Assembly (NCBI RefSeq): GCF_009914755.1
Contig: NC_060938.1
Length of the DNA stretch: 64,000 bases
Reading direction: 5' to 3' (one strand)
Origin: the human T2T-CHM13v2.0 reference genome, Homo sapiens
Part shown: positions 58,666 to 64,000 of the stretch, in pieces
Layout: each line of letters opens with the position of its first letter
How positions within the stretch are numbered: the stretch's first letter is position 1
Notes under the pieces: generated by a model
Told to the model about the DNA's origin: nothing
What the model saw: the letters and a program-made list of their open reading frames with translations, nothing else
The model's database searches: none
Position numbers and translations under genes: made by a program

Positions 58666-59554
58666 AATAAAAGTTAGCTTAACTTACTGTAATTTTTTGA
58701 CTATAAACTTTCTAAGCTTACAGTCAAAACTGTAACATGGTAGCCATTCTTTGCCATGTTCTCTTTCTCCCAATTTCTGTGGCTATGAAGACATAAACTT
58801 GTTATGTTTATATTAAAAAAATTACAGTAAGCCAAGCTAACCTATTATTAAAGAAATTAATAATCCTGACCTCATGTAGACATAGGTCTATATTTTTGTA
58901 GTATCGCTTACCTTGAAAACATATACAGCTATACAAAAAAATTAAATGTATATCTTTATTATATAAGCTTTCCATATTTTACATTTTCTTTTATGTTGTA
59001 AACCTTTCTTGTAAAAATAAACAAAAAACAAAAAAAGACAAACAAACACATTAGACTATGTCAACATGAGGTCAGGATAATCAATATTACTGTCTGAACC
59101 TCCACATCTTGTCCCACTGAAAAGGCTTCAGAGGTAATTACACTCACGGAGTTGTTATTTCCTATGGTAATGATGCTTCTTTCTGTAATACTTCCTGAAA
59201 GATCTGCTTGAGGCTATTGTACAGTTTTAACTTTTTTTCCATAAGTAGAAGGGGTAATTCTAATGATAAAAAGTGTAGTATATAAAACACATAAACCAGT
59301 AACAGAGTTTATCATTATCTAATACTATGTACTGCACACAATTGCATGTGTACTTTAATATCACTGAAAGAAGAGCAAATTTGTTTACACCATCATCACC
59401 ACAAACACTAGCAATACATTTTGCTACAATGTTAAGTGGCTTACAATATCACTGGATGATAGAAATTTTTCAGGTCCATTAGAATCTTATGAGGCCAACA
59501 TCATACATATATGGTCTGTCATTGACCAAAACATAATTATGTGGCACATGAGTG
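58666..59554 (-). mobile_element. Tigger3 (Golem) fragment with rearranged insert
   Basis: tccacatcttgtcccactg...tttgtttacaccatcatcaccacaaacac...TIR attatgtggcacatgagtg followed by TA. Confidence 0.85.
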
Positions 59555-60149
59555 TATATATCAGATACATTAATCAATATATTCAACATTTCTCTCCTGC
59601 TTATCCTAATGGTAAAGACGATATAAAATATAATTTAAAAAATATAGGAAGAAATGGTGTAATAGTCTCTATATTAAACACTAGAGTTAAATTGTTTAAA
59701 AAATTATAAGTAGATGCTAAATACACAGATTGAAATACATTAAATACATTAAGAATGTTTGTCCTGTTTCTTATATATTGCTGGTTTTCTGTCATTGAAA
59801 GTTTAATTTAGACCTCCTTATTTCATGTAATCACCCCAATAATTTGTCTTACAAACAATTAACAGAAGTTAACACTATATAACATAGTTGTATAGTGTCT
59901 TACTCTTACAATGGGATACTTTACTTTTCATGAGGGAAACAGTAAGCTAATTCTAGGAATTTATCCTAAAGTTTACACAATCTGAGATGTAGGTAAAGAT
60001 TGATGTGCAAGATTGCTTCTAGATATATCACTTTATAATGGTAACATAAAAAAGGAAAGTAATGTGTAAAATATCTTCTAATGCAACTCTTTCCACTCTT
60101 CCTGACTCTCTTTGGACTTTTTTTTTTTTTTTTTTTTTTTTTGACTTCT

Positions 60150-60494
60150 GACGAATACATCAGGAGGCTCCCTCACGGTTAGGTTCAGCCTGTGAAGAAC
60201 CCTGGAAGAAGGTAGAAAGAGGAGAGAAGGGTCATGGTGTTTATTCTGCTGGTCCCTTCCCCATGAGGTTGTCTTCCTTACATGTGTCTCTTTACAGAAG
60301 GTCACTGTTGTTCGCCAGGTGGTCTGATCTTCTACTCCTTCTTTTTCCAGGTTTTGTTTTTATCCTCATTGAACGCCAGTTCCAGATTTATTGCTTACAA
60401 TTCTTTCATGCTCCTTCCTTTGTATGGAAGCATTCCTCAAATTATTCTTAGTTGTATTTACCATCTGTTTTCTGTTGAAATTCTGACTAATCCA
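60150..60494 (+). mobile_element. LTR33-like ERVL LTR
   Basis: ggttaggttcagcc...ggtgtttattctgctgg...cagaaggtcac...ccatctgttttctg...ctgactaatcca. Confidence 0.6.
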
Positions 60495-60946
60495 GAATAT
60501 AAAACTTTTTAGAGTCCAGTCATTCTTTGCCATGTTCTCTTTCCCCCCATCTCTGTGGCTATGAAAACATGTATCAAATATTTTACCTGACTCTCAGGAA
60601 GGGGAAGGCCCACTGCTTGGCCTGTTTTGGATACATAGCATCAGTTAAACTAAACCTTTCATAAACCACTGATACATCAGTGGTTTCTTGTTACGTAGAA
60701 TGAACAGTATTCACCAGAGTAATATCCTGACTAGCAAACACATCAATTGCCACTGTATGTTCTAAGCGTTATGAGTAAAATAAAAACTGAATAAAGATTT
60801 TGCCCTCAGGATGTTTATGTTCTCCTGCGCGAGAAAGATAATTAAAAATACGAAATATAATATCATTTTATGAATTGTAAGTGTTACACAAAAAGTGAAT
60901 TAGGGTAAATTTCCATGTTTGTACTTTTGCTTATGGTTTACTATTT

Positions 60947-61367
60947 GTATTTATTTTCTAGGACTGTCATACAAAACACCATAAACTGGGCAGCTTAAAA
61001 TATCAAAAGTTTATTCTCTCAGTTTTGGAGGTCAGAAATTCAAAATCAAGATGTTAGCAATACCATGCTCCCTCTGAAACCTGAAGGAGAGAATCTTTCT
61101 TTACCTCTTGTCTTCAGGTGCCAGTCATTAATTCTTGGCACATTCTTTGGCATGCAACTGCATCAGTTTGTGACTCTGTCATCACAGGACATTCTCCCTA
61201 TATGTCTGTATCTCTGTGCCCAGTTCTTATAAGGACAGCAGTCAACTGACCTCATCTTAACTAGTGACATCTGCAATAGCTCTATTGTCCAATAAGTTCA
61301 CATTTTAAGGTACTGGAGTTTAGCACTTTATTGTATCTTTTGAAGAGACACAATTAAGCTCATATGT
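60947..61367 (-). mobile_element. MLT1B/C LTR
   Basis: accataaactgggcagcttaaa...tttattctctcagttttggagg...ccatgctccctctgaaacc. Confidence 0.8.
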
Positions 61368-62069
61368 AATAAATATTATTATTCAAATTAAGTATATCCT
61401 ACACTTAAAATATAGTGATAAAATAATTTATAATTTCTAAAGACCTCATAATCGTACAATCAATATTTATAACAGATTGCTTTTCACTCTGTTATCTATA
61501 AATCTGTATTTTTGTTTTTAGTTACAACCACGATATCCCCAGAAAGCTTTTCTATACAGAGAAGTGGCTCTGAAACTGTTATCAACATCTAAACTTTTGT
61601 AAAAATTGAAACTATTGCAATTTCAATTTACCTGAAGACTGTTTTCTTTTGATGTATTTGAACTGAGTATCCCTGTGATTGACAGGATGAACTGTTTAAT
61701 TATGAAATATATCAATATTGCTCATTGTGATATTCATCACTGAATAATTATATTTTTATTTTGTCAATTCTGAGTTATTTGGAAACAAAAATCCACAGAA
61801 TATTACCTATATAAATATGTTAATACATTCTTGATTATTAATAAATCTCTGTTACTGCAATGTCATATCCTCTCAGTAATAAAAGCATATTTAATTTATG
61901 CTTTTATCCATTAGAAAACAGTGAAGCTAGAAATTATTTAAAATTTTACCCTAAGAAATATGTGGAAAAAATTAGAAAATTTATGTTTTAAAATAAAATT
62001 GCATGTTATCATGATAATATGCTTGCCTTGGAGTATGATTTTCATTTGTTTGTTTTTTGGTATTAATTA

Positions 62070-62730
62070 GTAAGCTTTTTATTATAAAATATACAGCTTT
62101 ACGGAAAAATTAAGCAGAAATTATGGAGAGTCTCTTCATACTCCCTCTCTACTTCCCTGACAGTTTTCCTATTTTAACACAATACATTTGTGTAGTCGTT
62201 TTTTAAACAATTAAGAAGCCATCATTGATGCATTTATTGACTAAAGACCAGAGTTTACATTAGGGTTCACTCTTTGTATTATACAGTTCTATGGGTTTTG
62301 CTAAACGCATGATGTCATGTATCCACCATTACGAAATCATACATAATAATTTCACTGCCCTAAAAATTCCCTGTGATTCACTTACTTATCCCCTACATGC
62401 CCAACTCCTGGTAATGACTAAACTTTGCACTATCTCTATAGTTTCTCCTTTTCTAGAAGATTATATACTTGAACTCATACAATATGTAGACTTTTCAGAC
62501 TGGCTTCTTTCACATAGAAGTACGCATTCAAATTTCCTCCATGTCTAATCATGACTGGATGGCTTATTTTTTACCCCTGATAATTATGTCATTGTACGGA
62601 TGTAGCAGAGTTTGTTTATCTAATTAAGGAATGTTTACCTATTAAAGGATATGCTGGGTGCTTCTAAGTTTTAGTAATTAAGAATATGGCTGCACATGCA
62701 ATAAACATTTGCATGTAAGTTTTTGTGTGG
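62070..62730 (-). mobile_element. L1MC-type 3' end
   Basis: aaaattaagcagaaa...tttacattagggttcactctttg...atgtatccaccatta. Confidence 0.8.
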
Positions 62731-63419
62731 TACAGTATACTATTTCTTTGTTCTTAAATACTTCTCATTGGTTCACACCAATGAGACGCTAACATTGCAT
62801 TCTGATATTTGGTTGGTTTCTAAACTTAAAAAACCTTACTTTTACAATTTTTAAAGAGAAGTTTCTACTGCCAGTTGTTTAAAGTAATATGCTCTGCTGG
62901 CCTTGATATAACAATACACCATCATTGGCTTTTAAGTCCTGATATGCTCAAAAAATTAGAGAGCAACTATCTCCATGAACCACCATCTAGATTGCAGGAA
63001 GTAAAGGGAGAACAAATGTTCATTGAATAGATGAAATTTACCAGGACTTATGCTAAGCATTACAGACTTATAATCTCTTTATATATATATATCATATATA
63101 TATGATAAGAAAATTAAGGCGAGAAAGTAATAAACAGTTAACTCTGTTTTTAAAAGTAACAATCCAAACTTAAACTGAAGTTATTTTTACTGTAAAACCA
63201 CTGTAGAAAAATAAAAACTCGATTAAATTCAGAGTCCTATATTGCATACTAACTGTAAACCATATGAATCATTGTTCAGATTGATTTTTTTAACAGATCA
63301 AATCATATTTAACCCATTGCACTGAATTTAATGCATTGTGTTGTTGCTCTTTATTTTGTTTTATTTTACTCAATTTTATATTTTCTTTCTAGTAGAATAT
63401 TAGCTGGTACATTTGAATA

Positions 63420-63740
63420 CCAGAATGTAAAGAAAGGAAGAACAGATCCAAATAAATATTTAAAGTAATAATTGCTAAGAATTTTCCAAAATTAAAAGCA
63501 GATACTGAATACAGATCCAAGAAGTGCAGAGAATACCAAGCAGAATAAATGCCAAAAATCTATACTTAGGTATATATTTTTTAAACTAAATAAAACCAAA
63601 GACAGAGAGACACACTGAAAGGAGCCAGGGGTAAACAAGAAAACTTACCTGTAAATAAATAAGGCTAAGAATTACAGTTGGTTTCTCATTAGATGAAAGC
63701 AAGTAGACAGTGGGGGGGGGATTATTTAAAGTCTTGAAAG
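63420..63740 (+). mobile_element. L1M ORF1-region fragment
   Basis: aataattgctaagaattttccaaaatt...cagatccaagaagtgcagagaataccaagcagaataaat. Confidence 0.75.
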
Positions 63741-63769
63741 TGAAACACACACACACACACCACCTACAT

Positions 63770-64000
63770 TTCTTTTTTTTTTTTTTTTTTTTTTGAGACT
63801 GGAGTACAGTGGTGTAATCTCGGCTCACTGCAGCCCCCACCTCCTGGGTTCAAGCAATTTCTCCTGCCTCAGCCTCCTGAGTAGCTGGGACTACAGGCCA
63901 TCACACCAGGCTAATTTTTTTTGTATTTTTAGTAGAGACGGAGTTTCACCATGTTAGCCAGGATGGTCTCGATCTCCTGACCTCGTGATCTGCTCGCCTC
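63770..64000 (-). mobile_element. Alu (Sc/Y-like), small deletion, runs off the window
   Basis: ttagccaggatggtctcgatctcctgacctcgtgatc. Confidence 0.9.

Overview
AT-rich primate (human-like) genomic DNA, intronic or intergenic in character, with no recognisable protein-coding gene, RNA gene or CpG island. Much of it is interspersed repeat: Alu (J/S, one Sc/Y-like), MIR, MamSINE1, L1, L2, a CR1/L3 relic, ERV1/ERVL/MaLR LTRs (MER41A, LTR16, LTR33, MLT1, MST, a full-length THE1) and DNA transposons (Tigger1, Tigger3, Tigger13a, MER47A, MADE1). Repeat family calls come from recalled consensus sequences, not from a RepeatMasker run, and boundaries of old elements are approximate. The most unusual signal is a series of fold-back and templated-insertion structures: a ~205-bp inverted duplication bracketing the THE1, an extended arm-homogenised MADE1 (miR-548-like) hairpin, a ~75-bp-arm palindrome fused to an Alu, three short hairpins at a Tigger1 deletion junction, and a multi-template patchwork inside Tigger3. 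A speculative phase-compatible plus-strand exon chain (5516-5596, 35291-35391, 35844-36124) is also noted. I found no convincing evidence of a new multi-gene system.
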